NCBI GenBank assembly: GCA_050251055.1
Contig: JBFWNL010000001.1
Location: 555,825 to 619,824, forward strand
From: Bacteriovoracia bacterium
GTDB lineage: Bacteria; Bdellovibrionota; UBA1018; JBFWNL01
Direction of reading: 5' to 3'
DNA: 64,000 bases
This document shows, one piece after another, positions 1 through 8,956 of the stretch (within the stretch, counting starts at the first letter, position 1; every line of letters begins with the position of its first letter). A program made the position numbers and the translations under genes. The notes beneath the pieces are model-generated. The model was not told where the DNA came from, searched no databases, and worked only from the letters and a program-made list of their open reading frames with translations.

Positions 1-907
1 CCGCTTTTTTCAGGGCCGCATTCATCGCTCCCGCCGGAGCGGTCGTGAACCATTCGGGTTTCTGCGCATGCGTGCCATAAGAAGTCAGACGCGCGATCGG
101 GGCCAATCCCATTGTCTTGGCTTTGCTTTCGCTCATGAGTACCACGGCGCACGCGCCGTCATTTAAAGTCGACGCGTTCGCGGCGGTCACGGTGCCGTTT
201 TTATCGAAAACGGGTTTCAATCCCGGAATTTTATCGAAATTTACCTTCGCGGGCCCCTCGTCCTCCGAAACCGTCACGTCACCTTTCTTGCCCGCGATGG
301 TCACCGGCGTGATCTCGCCCGCGAACTTTCCCGCCTTCTGCGCGGCCTGCGCCCGCTTGAAACTTTCGATGGCAAAGGCATCCTGTTCCTCGCGCGAGAA
401 CTTCATCTCGCGCGCGCACAGCTCGCCACAATTGCCCATGTGTTGGTTGTTATAAGGATCCCAAAGGCCGTCGTGCACCATCGAGTCCAAGAAGGGCTGG
501 TTGCCCATGCGAAGACCCGCGCGGGCGCCTGGTAAAAGATACGGAGCCATCGTCATGTTTTCCATGCCGCCCGCGACGACAATTTCGGAATCGCCCGTTT
601 GGATGGACTGCATGCCCAGCATGATTGCCTTCATGCCGCTGCCACAAACTTTATTGATGGTGAGGCAAGGCACGGAAACCGGAAGCCCGGCGTGAATCGC
701 GGCCTGTCGCGCCGGGGCTTGGCCTTCACCGGCGGTGAGAACGTTGCCCATGATCACTTCCGAAACCTGATCGGGCTTTACCTGGGCGCGCGCGAGCGCC
801 ACGCGGATCGCCTCCGCGCCCAAGCGTGGAGCGGGCAGCCCGCTGAAAGCGCCTTGAAAGCTACCGAACGGTGTACGGGCCATGCCGACGATGACTACCT
901 TTTCCAT
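1..907 (-). CDS. atoB: Acetyl-CoA C-acetyltransferase (thiolase), 3' end runs off the window
   Basis: Not in the ORF track because it is truncated. Manual translation from ATG at 907 gives MEKVVIVGMARTPFGSFQG...TINKVCGSGMKA...AGGMENMT, with the thiolase active-site Cys motif. GGAGG SD lies upstream. Confidence 0.93.
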   Translation of the reverse strand, partial: MEKVVIVGMARTPFGSFQGAFSGLPAPRLGAEAIRVALARAQVKPDQVSEVIMGNVLTAGEGQAPARQAAIHAGLPVSVPCLTINKVCGSGMKAIMLGMQSIQTGDSEIVVAGGMENMTMAPYLLPGARAGLRMGNQPFLDSMVHDGLWDPYNNQHMGNCGELCAREMKFSREEQDAFAIESFKRAQAAQKAGKFAGEITPVTIAGKKGDVTVSEDEGPAKVNFDKIPGLKPVFDKNGTVTAANASTLNDGACAVVLMSESKAKTMGLAPIARLTSYGTHAQKPEWFTTAPAGAMNAALKKA

Positions 908-1071
908 AAATTATCCTCCCAACCATTGGCCAAGCCTTGGTCAAAAAACGGTGTCTGGCGGTTGTATCGTAAACCGCCGGAGCTGGGAAGGTCGGACTAG
1001 GGTTTGCGGGTGTGTCGCGAGTACCCTACCCGGCATTGCCAATTGGCGCGAACTTCTCTAAAATTGAAGAG

Positions 1072-1569
1072 GTGCACGCAAAAACCGACCCGGCGCGGCT
1101 CAAAGCCCTCGCGCTCTTCCTGATTGCCATCGTCGCCCCGGTCAGCTTTCTGAGCGGGCAACCCACCGTCCAGCATGAGCGTCTGCGTTTTCGAAACACC
1201 TTCAAAAGTCCGGAAGAAGTTGTCGGATATTACTGCGCGCGCGACGCTTCCGGTTTCGTCTGGTCGGGGCTCCTCGATATCGAGCGAAAGGCTTTTACGA
1301 CCTGGAAACAGGTTCCCCAGTTTGATTCCTTCTATATTGCTAAGACCTACACGGTAATGCCCGCGAAGCTCGAAGCGGGTTTCGCCAAAGTCCGAGTGAA
1401 GTATGACCTCGTCGGAATGGGAGATGCGCATGGCACCCGAAGCCCTGCCGCTCGCCCGAGCCACGAGGTGACCTTCAACCTTACCCGCACGGATGGCGCA
1501 TGGAAAATCGCCAAGCCAGAACCTTCGGACATCGCTCCGGTGGTCATGGAATCTAAGTTTAATCCTTAA
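1072..1569 (+). CDS. Hypothetical exported/membrane-anchored protein, possibly NTF2-like fold
   Basis: ORF 1012..1569. A GTG at 1072 precedes a hydrophobic segment (LKALALFLIAIVAPVSFL). The SPEEVV...VTFNLTRTDGAWKI pattern resembles NTF2/DUF4878-like proteins. Start uncertain. Confidence 0.6.
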   Translation: MHAKTDPARLKALALFLIAIVAPVSFLSGQPTVQHERLRFRNTFKSPEEVVGYYCARDASGFVWSGLLDIERKAFTTWKQVPQFDSFYIAKTYTVMPAKLEAGFAKVRVKYDLVGMGDAHGTRSPAARPSHEVTFNLTRTDGAWKIAKPEPSDIAPVVMESKFNP

Positions 1570-1674
1570 TTTTATTAGACAATCTCCTCCCTGTCTTATC
1601 TGTTGATCCCAGAGGTCAAATATGATTTATACACTGCGTCATTAGCTAGACTTACAGAGGAGTTCCGGAAATAA

Positions 1675-4665
1675 ATGCTGGTCTTCAAAGTGGGCCGTGC
1701 CGCGGTCTTAACTTCCCTGCTCTTTGCGTTCGCGCCCTCGGCTTGGAGCGCCTATCGATGTACACCGAATGACCCTCGCGATTGCCGCAAACTCAACGAA
1801 GACATGACCCAGTTCTGGAAGGATGACCCGAACAAACGGGATCAGCGCACTTCGCCCCAACTCAATGACGCCGTTGGAATTCTTCAACAACACGGGATCG
1901 AAATCTACTGGTCCTATACCGAGGCCGTGAGCCGGCAAAATCCCAACTCCATGCGAGAATTCGCTTTCCAGGAATGGATCCGAAACTTCCAAGGGGGCAT
2001 GCCCTGGCTGCCCCTATCCTGGGGTTACGGAAACTATCCACTCTACCACTATACCAGCTACATGCCGACCTTCGAGCAGGCGCTACGCAGCTTCCGGTTT
2101 CCCCTCAGCGACGAAAATCTCCTGATTACTTATCTTTTCACAACGAACACCGTGCACGCGACCAGCCACAATTATGCGATTCAGGTACGCGAGCTCGCCA
2201 AGACGATCTTGAATTACGACAGCGGATTCGGCGAACTGCGCCTGGAAGTACACGAGGCCCCTTCCGCGCTCACAATTCGTAAAATCGACGATTACCTCAA
2301 GAACGTCCGCAACGGGCAAGTACGCGACATGATCCTCGAGCTTCGTAAACAGCTCGAAACCCTCTTCGGCGGCGGCGACGTCGACGCATTCTTGGGCGTT
2401 TACAGTGTCACGAACGAGGTTTCCTCCCTGTTCTCGCGCTACCGCAAGGAAATCGAGGCGGTAAAGGCCGCCACCAGCGCCGATCGAGTGGCGAAGCTCC
2501 TCCAATCGGGAAGCTCGGTCGCGGTGCTGCGGGACCTCTCCGAAATGATCTTGAAAACGTCGGCGAAGCTCCGCGCGGGGATCACCGGGTGCCAGTTCTC
2601 CAATCAGATCGACTGCACCTTCGAATACGTCGACCTACTCAGCCAGCTGAACAACACCGTTTTCTCGCTCAGTAACCAACTCATTGGCCGCTTACGGGAA
2701 TTCCAGACGGAGATCTCCGTCCGCGATTTTCTCGAAATCTCTCTCTCCCTCGCGCGCGTCAGCCAAGGCTTAGGATTCAGCGGACCCGACTTCGCCAAGG
2801 ATATCGAAGCCCGTTTGCAGCAGAAGCAAACCTACCACCAGGCCACCCTGTTAACCCTCATGTCCGATATGGAAAAATCCATTCAAGGGATCATCGCCGA
2901 CTTCCGCGGGCAATTCATGCCGCTCATCGCGAAGTATAAGGCGTTCACCGGGGTCGCCGAAATGTACGTGGACGACTCCTTACGCAGCTCCTCCGTCCTG
3001 CCGCTGGCCAATCTCGTATCGGTGATGAAACGCGCCGCACTCGCCAAAAGCGGGCTGACCATCTTCATCGACGATCAACCTTCGCAAAAAACCTTCCAGG
3101 TTCTCAACCCCGGCATCGCGCACGGACCGCTCATCATACCCACTCCCGAAGCCATGAACGCGCCCGGCTTCGAATGGAATCCGGAAGGGATCTACATCCT
3201 GGCGAAAACCCCCGGATCCATCGAAAAAGTCGCAGGTATTCTTACCGGGGACGCGGGGAGCATGATCTCTCACGTCCAGCTCTTGGCCAGCAACGCGGGT
3301 CTCCCCAACGTGTTCATCGCGCCAACGATCATCGAGGGGCTACGGCGCTGGGAAGGCCAGGACGTCCTGCTCATCACCCTGCCGAATGGCGAAGCCCAGA
3401 TCAAACCCTGGAAGAAAGCCACCGCCGCCGAACTAGCCGCGTACAACGAATACTACAAGGTGAAGACCAATAAGCGCATGCGCATCCCCGTGCCGGAAAA
3501 TCTGCGCAATCACGCCTACCCCATCCGGCTCGAGGACCTTCGCATGGTCGACGCGGGCAAGATCGCGGGCGGTAAAGCGACTGGCCAAGCGGAAGTGTCC
3601 TCTATCTCCGGACTGAATGAAATCGTGCCCCGCGGGTTCGTGTTGCCGTTCGGCGTGTATTTCGAGCACATGCAAGACAGCGGAGTTTACGACTTCATCA
3701 AGCAAAAGCTCGCGGACCCGAAGCTCGCCGGCGAGGGCAAGGAAACCACGGAAGCCCGCAAGGCCGCGCTCGCGCAGATTCGCGAGCGAATCGCGATGAT
3801 CGAGCTAAAACCCGAAATCCTGGCCACCATTTTTGAGACCCTAATGAACGCGCCCTACTCGAACGAGGGCCAACAGCTGGGGGTCTTCGTCCGCAGTGAC
3901 ACGAACGCCGAGGACCTGCCCGGCTTCGTCGGCGCCGGCCTCAACCAAACCATCGGCAATGTCACCACCCCGGCGAACGTCGCACAAGCGATCAAAACCG
4001 TTTGGGCGTCGCCCTTCCGCGAGCGTGCTTTCACCTGGCGTCAGGACCTGCTCGAAAATCCGTGGGACGTGCTCCCGTCGGTCGTGGTTCAAATCGGCGT
4101 CGAAGCCGATAAGGCGGGGGTGATGATCGTCGGCAATCCCACCGTAACGGATGACATCGAAGACACCGTCTACATCGCGGCTAACGAAGGCCTGGGCTTC
4201 ACCACCGTGGGCGGCGAGTTTTCCGCCGAAGAGCTCACCATCTCGCGCAAGAAAGATTATGAATACCGCCGCCACAAGCGTGCTTACGCACTAACGAAGT
4301 ACATCTTCCGCAAGGACGGCGCCTTCGATCCAAACGACGTCGAAAAGCAATTCCTCTCCGCGGTGCCGGTCACTGGCTTAAGCCCGGTGGTTACTCCGGA
4401 AGAAGCTAAGGAACTGGCACGCATCGGCGACGCCATTCAAAAGCATATTCACCAGAACTACGGCATCCTGGGCAAATGGGACCTCGAGTGGTGCATCAAG
4501 GACGGCAAAGTGGTGATCGTCCAGCTACGCGCCTTCAACGGCAACAAGCTCATCCGAGACACCTCTTCCCTAGGCAAACTGCAGAAGAGCGTGGTGAAGC
4601 AGGATTTCGACGTCGGCCACGACGAACGCGCCTTCGCCGTCGGCGAAGCCGAAGCCGAAAAATAA
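1675..4665 (+). CDS. Signal-peptide-bearing PEP/pyruvate-binding (PPDK/PEP-synthase type ATP-grasp) dikinase-like protein with phosphohistidine domain
   Basis: 996 aa with an N-terminal Sec-type signal (AAVLTSLLFAFAPSAWSA). His-swivel motif GILTGDAGSMISHVQLLASNAGLPN. C-terminal ATP-grasp motifs GGKA, VPRGFVLPF, VRSDTNAEDLPGFVGAG, DLEW..VQLR. GAGGAG SD. Confidence 0.85.
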   Translation: MLVFKVGRAAVLTSLLFAFAPSAWSAYRCTPNDPRDCRKLNEDMTQFWKDDPNKRDQRTSPQLNDAVGILQQHGIEIYWSYTEAVSRQNPNSMREFAFQEWIRNFQGGMPWLPLSWGYGNYPLYHYTSYMPTFEQALRSFRFPLSDENLLITYLFTTNTVHATSHNYAIQVRELAKTILNYDSGFGELRLEVHEAPSALTIRKIDDYLKNVRNGQVRDMILELRKQLETLFGGGDVDAFLGVYSVTNEVSSLFSRYRKEIEAVKAATSADRVAKLLQSGSSVAVLRDLSEMILKTSAKLRAGITGCQFSNQIDCTFEYVDLLSQLNNTVFSLSNQLIGRLREFQTEISVRDFLEISLSLARVSQGLGFSGPDFAKDIEARLQQKQTYHQATLLTLMSDMEKSIQGIIADFRGQFMPLIAKYKAFTGVAEMYVDDSLRSSSVLPLANLVSVMKRAALAKSGLTIFIDDQPSQKTFQVLNPGIAHGPLIIPTPEAMNAPGFEWNPEGIYILAKTPGSIEKVAGILTGDAGSMISHVQLLASNAGLPNVFIAPTIIEGLRRWEGQDVLLITLPNGEAQIKPWKKATAAELAAYNEYYKVKTNKRMRIPVPENLRNHAYPIRLEDLRMVDAGKIAGGKATGQAEVSSISGLNEIVPRGFVLPFGVYFEHMQDSGVYDFIKQKLADPKLAGEGKETTEARKAALAQIRERIAMIELKPEILATIFETLMNAPYSNEGQQLGVFVRSDTNAEDLPGFVGAGLNQTIGNVTTPANVAQAIKTVWASPFRERAFTWRQDLLENPWDVLPSVVVQIGVEADKAGVMIVGNPTVTDDIEDTVYIAANEGLGFTTVGGEFSAEELTISRKKDYEYRRHKRAYALTKYIFRKDGAFDPNDVEKQFLSAVPVTGLSPVVTPEEAKELARIGDAIQKHIHQNYGILGKWDLEWCIKDGKVVIVQLRAFNGNKLIRDTSSLGKLQKSVVKQDFDVGHDERAFAVGEAEAEK

Positions 4666-4680
4666 CCCCGCCGCAGGACC

Positions 4681-5295
4681 TCAGTGAACCTTCTTCTTGC
4701 CGGCCGGCGTTCCCGTGACGAACTTCGCCTCGGTTTCCGCCTGCTCGTCGTTGAGCGTATCCTGATAGTCTGGGTCGTTTTTCGCCAACCAGTCGTCCGT
4801 CATCTGATCGAGCTTCAAGTTGGACTTATCCATGCGTAGATAGACCTTGCGCTTGCCGGCATCGACGGCCGTCCACTCGTACGGAACGTTACCCAGGGCC
4901 TCGAAGTCCGCCTCCGACACCCGCCCGAAGTGATCTTCGGGCTTCTGGGGATCCAGCAGGTCGGAGTAATAGGCCCCGAGCGCATCGACGTTCAGACCCA
5001 GCAACGTTTCCGCGGTGGGCGAGCTCGCCTGGGGATCGAAATCGGAGCTCGCGTGCAACGTAATCGCGGACATCCGGCCTTCGAATTTCAGGGAAAGCGC
5101 GAGCAGGATCTCGTCTTGGTAAATGCGCCCATCGGCGACAAACCCCACCTGTCCGGCGCCTCCTAAACGGCTCAATCCCTCCGCGAAATTGGCCCCAAAG
5201 ACCTCGACCACCATCTTCAAGTAATCCAAGGGCAGTTCCACGCCCTGGCGCTGAGTTAGGGTAGCGGACGGAGGCAACGGCTTGCGCTTTTCCAT
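4681..5295 (-). CDS. Hypothetical protein
   Basis: 204-aa ORF whose ATG overlaps the htrA stop (TAATG). Acidic C-terminal part, no recognised motif. Confidence 0.75.
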   Translation of the reverse strand: MEKRKPLPPSATLTQRQGVELPLDYLKMVVEVFGANFAEGLSRLGGAGQVGFVADGRIYQDEILLALSLKFEGRMSAITLHASSDFDPQASSPTAETLLGLNVDALGAYYSDLLDPQKPEDHFGRVSEADFEALGNVPYEWTAVDAGKRKVYLRMDKSNLKLDQMTDDWLAKNDPDYQDTLNDEQAETEAKFVTGTPAGKKKVH

Positions 5296-6398
5296 TAAAT
5301 AATTCCTTCCTTCAAGTGATCGAGATCAGGTGGGAGTTCCTCGAGTGAAATCTTCAGCGTGATTTGCTTCGAGCCCCGTTGCAACTTTACGGAAACCGAT
5401 TCCTTCGGCTTAAGCTTCAAGAGGGCGCGCTCGACTTCAAGCGGCTCGGTCGTCGCCACCCCACCCACGTCGATCAAAATATCTCCCTGCTTAATGCCTG
5501 CCCGCTGCGCGGGGGCCCCCCGCACCAGGTTATAAATCAAAACTCCTTCGCCGCGCGCGAGCCCGTAATAGTCCCGGAGCTGCGGCGTCACGCGCTCCGA
5601 GAGGATACCTAGCCACGGACGCGGCACGCGCCCGTATTTCTTCAAATCCCCCATGACCGCGGTCGCTTCATTCACCGGAATGGCAAATCCCAAGCCGCCG
5701 CTCTGTCCCGTCCGCGAAAAAATCAGGGTGTTGATTCCGATCACTTCGCCCTTCAGATTAAAAAGGGGCCCACCGGAATTACCGGGATTGATCGAGGCGT
5801 CCGTCTGCAAGAAATTATCGAGGGGCCCCAAGCCGATCGTACGGTTCTTCGCGCTGATGATCCCCATAGTGACGGTGTTCTGGAGTCCAAAGGGATTTCC
5901 GATCGCGACCACGGGCTGGGCAATGCGGACTTTTTCGGAATCACCGATTTTGACCGGAGTAATGGTGAGCGGCGACAGCACCTGCAAAAGCGCGAGATCT
6001 AGCTTCGGATCGCGACCGACGATGCGCGCGCGAAGCTGCTTCTTATCCTTGAAGCTGACGAAGACTTCCGAGGCGTTTTCAACCACATGATTGTTAGTGA
6101 GGATGTAGCCTGCGGTATCCACGAGAAAACCCGAACCGAGCGAGGTGTTCTTGCGCTCTCGCGGCATGCCCCAACCACGCAGAAACTCATCCCAGCCAAA
6201 TACGGTGATATTTTGCACGGTGACCGCGCTGACGTTCGCGACGGCGGGCTCGATCTTCTCCACCAGGTCCGGCAGGTCTTCGGATTGCGCTGGCGTCAGG
6301 GCGGGAAACGCGGCGTGCGCACGCGGCAGAACGACGGCAAATAAGCCTGCCCAGAGTACCGCGCGGCGAAAACCGGATTTAGTAAATATCCCCGTCAT
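5295..6398 (-). CDS. htrA: HtrA/DegS-type trypsin-like serine protease with one PDZ domain
   Basis: LGSGF, TNNHV, DLALL, QTDASINPGNSGGPL motifs plus a single PDZ. Start moved to ATG 6398 (MTGIFTKSGFRRAVLWAG..AHA signal peptide). Confidence 0.93.
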   Translation of the reverse strand: MTGIFTKSGFRRAVLWAGLFAVVLPRAHAAFPALTPAQSEDLPDLVEKIEPAVANVSAVTVQNITVFGWDEFLRGWGMPRERKNTSLGSGFLVDTAGYILTNNHVVENASEVFVSFKDKKQLRARIVGRDPKLDLALLQVLSPLTITPVKIGDSEKVRIAQPVVAIGNPFGLQNTVTMGIISAKNRTIGLGPLDNFLQTDASINPGNSGGPLFNLKGEVIGINTLIFSRTGQSGGLGFAIPVNEATAVMGDLKKYGRVPRPWLGILSERVTPQLRDYYGLARGEGVLIYNLVRGAPAQRAGIKQGDILIDVGGVATTEPLEVERALLKLKPKESVSVKLQRGSKQITLKISLEELPPDLDHLKEGII

Positions 6399-6981
6399 CG
6401 TCGACGTCGCGGCGAATGCTATCGATGAGGTTATCGACGTTCTCCATATCCCGCTCAAAATCCTCGATGCTCTCATCCAGCTCGAGATCGGAGACGACCT
6501 TGCTGAACTCGCGGTCACCGGCCAAATCCTGGCGGATGGCTTCGATGTATTTATCCGGATACTTCGCGACCAGCTCTTCGATGTAACGATTCAGCTTACC
6601 CTCTTTGAGGATGAGTTCTTTGCGTTTGATCTTCTTCCAGTTTTTCACGTAGTGCAGACGGCAATAGCCACCGGAGGTAGCTAGGCCCTCGCACGCGACT
6701 TCGCGACAGATATCCGTGTCGACCTTCGACTTGCCCGCCATCATCGGCGTACCCTTTGCGGCCTTTTCTTTCACGGCGATGAAATCGGATTGAAGCGCGG
6801 TGACGGGAAGACCAGTTCCCTTCTTGGTCTTCTTGGGGGCTTCCGCTTTCGCTTCGGGTTTGGAAGCGGGTTTCTTCTTCGCGGCAAGAGATGCGGCCAG
6901 GGCCTTCACCTTGCCCGAGAGCGTCTTGGGTTTCCCTTTGGGGGCTTTGTGCTTGGACTTTTTCGCTTTATTATCAGCCAT
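6379..6981 (-). CDS. Hypothetical protein with Lys/Ala-rich N-terminus, Cys/His putative Zn site and acidic tail
   Basis: 200 aa: KAKKSKHKAPKGKPK... N-terminus, CREVAC-x8-CRLH motif, and D/E-rich C-terminus. Confidence 0.8.
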   Translation of the reverse strand: MADNKAKKSKHKAPKGKPKTLSGKVKALAASLAAKKKPASKPEAKAEAPKKTKKGTGLPVTALQSDFIAVKEKAAKGTPMMAGKSKVDTDICREVACEGLATSGGYCRLHYVKNWKKIKRKELILKEGKLNRYIEELVAKYPDKYIEAIRQDLAGDREFSKVVSDLELDESIEDFERDMENVDNLIDSIRRDVDDDGDIY

Positions 6982-7031
6982 CTATAAACTCGAGTTGCCA
7001 CGCGCAGCTACTGGCGTCAAGCGCTTTAGTG

Positions 7032-7058
7032 TTGACGTGGCTTATAAACCCCTATAAT
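7032..7058 (+). promoter_or_regulatory. Putative sigma70 promoter of the yceD-rpmF-fab operon
   Basis: TTGACG (7032-7037) and perfect TATAAT (7053-7058). The spacer is only 15 nt, shorter than canonical. Confidence 0.5.
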
Positions 7059-7080
7059 GTCCGACCACTCAGGTGCAACA

Positions 7081-7668
7081 ATGAAGGTTTTTCTACGTGA
7101 AATTAGAGATGTAGACACCGAGCTCGCCTTCACACAAGACGTAGCATGGGTTTTAGAAGCCGTCGCGCGCGCGGACGAGTCTTCCGAGTTGCCAGGAGTG
7201 GGCGACGCTGCCGACTTACGTCCGGCCGACCGTTCTGGAGCTCCATACAAGCTCCGCCCGATCGACAGCCACTTCACCCTCCGAAAAATCGAGGACATCT
7301 ACCAGGTCGAAGGCCGCGCGACCACCAGCTTGAACCTGCTTTGCTCCCGCTGCGCCAAGGGCTACACCCACCCCTGCCAGACCGACTTTTCCGCTTATTA
7401 TTCCCGCAACCCCAAGGTCGCGGACGCCGAGTTAGGCAAAGATGACTTGGAAATCAACTTCTTATCCGAAGATTTCATTGACTTGAAAGAGGTTCTGGCG
7501 GAACAAATCCAGCTCCAGGTCCCCTTCCAACCGCTGTGTAAGGAAAGCTGCAAGGGCATGTGCCATCACTGCGGAACGGACCTGAACGCCGGACGGTGCG
7601 CTTGCGAGAAGCTGGTGCAGAACAATCCGTTTTCGGTTTTGAAAGATTTAGTGAAGAGAGTGAATTAA
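7081..7668 (+). CDS. yceD: YceD/DUF177 family protein
   Basis: CSRC and PLCKESCKGMCHHCG-DLN...C-C...NPFSVLK motifs, directly upstream of rpmF. ATG 7081 preferred. Confidence 0.92.
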   Translation: MKVFLREIRDVDTELAFTQDVAWVLEAVARADESSELPGVGDAADLRPADRSGAPYKLRPIDSHFTLRKIEDIYQVEGRATTSLNLLCSRCAKGYTHPCQTDFSAYYSRNPKVADAELGKDDLEINFLSEDFIDLKEVLAEQIQLQVPFQPLCKESCKGMCHHCGTDLNAGRCACEKLVQNNPFSVLKDLVKRVN

Positions 7669-7677
7669 GGAGAAGCA

Positions 7678-7869
7678 ATGGCAACCCCTAAGAAAAAAGT
7701 ATCCCGTGGACGCCGTGACCGCCGCCGTTACGCCAGCGGAAATCGTTTGGCCAAGCCGACCGTCGTCGTATGCCCGAACTGCAGCGACCAAAAGCGTCCG
7801 CATACGATCTGCGGCTGCGGCTGGTACGCTGGGAAAGCCGTCATCAACGTACAGACGGCCCGCGCCTAG
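7678..7869 (+). CDS. rpmF: 50S ribosomal protein L32
   Basis: MATPKKKVSRGRRDRRR...CPNC...RPHTICGCGWY, with AAGGAG SD. Confidence 0.96.
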   Translation: MATPKKKVSRGRRDRRRYASGNRLAKPTVVVCPNCSDQKRPHTICGCGWYAGKAVINVQTARA

Positions 7870-7911
7870 TCCACAACCCCTGATATTACTGGCTCGATCG
7901 GCTCCATCGTA

Positions 7912-8949
7912 ATGACAGGCTCCTCGTCTTTCGCCAGCCCTTACGCCGCCCGCATCACGGGCATGGGCTCCTATTTTCCGAAACGGGTGATGACCAACGA
8001 TGATCTCGCGCGCGATCTTGCCAAGCGCAACCTCGAAACCAGCGACGAATGGATCCGCGAGCGCACCGGCATTGCTAGCCGCCGCGTTTCCGAACCGGGC
8101 AATCCCGCCGAGCACAATTCAACCCTGGGAAAATTCGCGGCGCTGAACGCGCTCGAAATGGCCGGAAAAAAAGTCGAGGACATCGACCAGATCATTTATG
8201 CCACCTGCACGCCCGACACCATCATCCCGTCGACCGCATGCTGGGTCCAGCACAAGCTCGGCGCCAAACGCGCATTTGCTTACGACGTGAATGCGGCTTG
8301 CTCCGGCTTCGTCTACGGGCTGACGCTCGCCGACCAGGCGATCCGCGCGGGCAACGCCAAGACCGTGCTCGTCATTGGCGGTGAAGTACTCACCTCGTTC
8401 TTGAATTGGGATGACCGCACCTCCTGCGTGCTGTTCGGCGATGGCGCCGGCGCAGCCGTGGTCGAACGTGTCGAGGCGTCGAGTCCGAACCGCATCCTGT
8501 CCACGCACCTGGGTTCCGACGGTAGCTTGTGGGAGCTGTTTTACGTAATCTCCGGTGGCTCCAACCAGGAAGTGACGCCGGCCGAGATCGAAAAACGCTC
8601 CAACAAGATGTTCATGAAGGGCAAGGAGATCTTCAAAGTCGCGACCAAGACGTTAGCCGACTATGCGGTCACGGCGCTCGAGGCCCAAGGCATGACCACG
8701 TCGGACCTGACGTGGCTCGTTCCCCACCAGGCGAATCTGCGCATCATTGAAGCGGTGGCGAAACGCCTCGATTTTCCCATGAGCAAAGTGCTCGTGAATA
8801 TAGACCGCTATGGCAACACCTCCGCCGCGACCGTTCCGACGGCGATGGACGAAGCCATCCGTACCGGCAAGATCAAACGCGGCGACACCGTCTTGATGGA
8901 CGTATTCGGGGCGGGCCTCACTTACGGCTCCCTCCTCATGAGATGGTAG
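7912..8949 (+). CDS. fabH: Beta-ketoacyl-ACP synthase III
   Basis: TSDEWIRERTGI, AACSGF (Cys), PHQAN (His), GNTSAA (Asn), FGAG. Confidence 0.97.
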   Translation: MTGSSSFASPYAARITGMGSYFPKRVMTNDDLARDLAKRNLETSDEWIRERTGIASRRVSEPGNPAEHNSTLGKFAALNALEMAGKKVEDIDQIIYATCTPDTIIPSTACWVQHKLGAKRAFAYDVNAACSGFVYGLTLADQAIRAGNAKTVLVIGGEVLTSFLNWDDRTSCVLFGDGAGAAVVERVEASSPNRILSTHLGSDGSLWELFYVISGGSNQEVTPAEIEKRSNKMFMKGKEIFKVATKTLADYAVTALEAQGMTTSDLTWLVPHQANLRIIEAVAKRLDFPMSKVLVNIDRYGNTSAATVPTAMDEAIRTGKIKRGDTVLMDVFGAGLTYGSLLMRW

Positions 8950-8956
8950 CGACGAG

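Noticed and set aside
1636-1652. Loose GTC-N8/9-GAC palindromes upstream of secreted genes (also near 43022 and 52165)
   Set aside because: Spacing is inconsistent and the information content is too low to distinguish from chance without a genome-wide motif test.
7771-7830. L32 zinc ribbon with CxC instead of the second CxxC
   Set aside because: This is a minor variation within a family known to vary in its Cys pattern.
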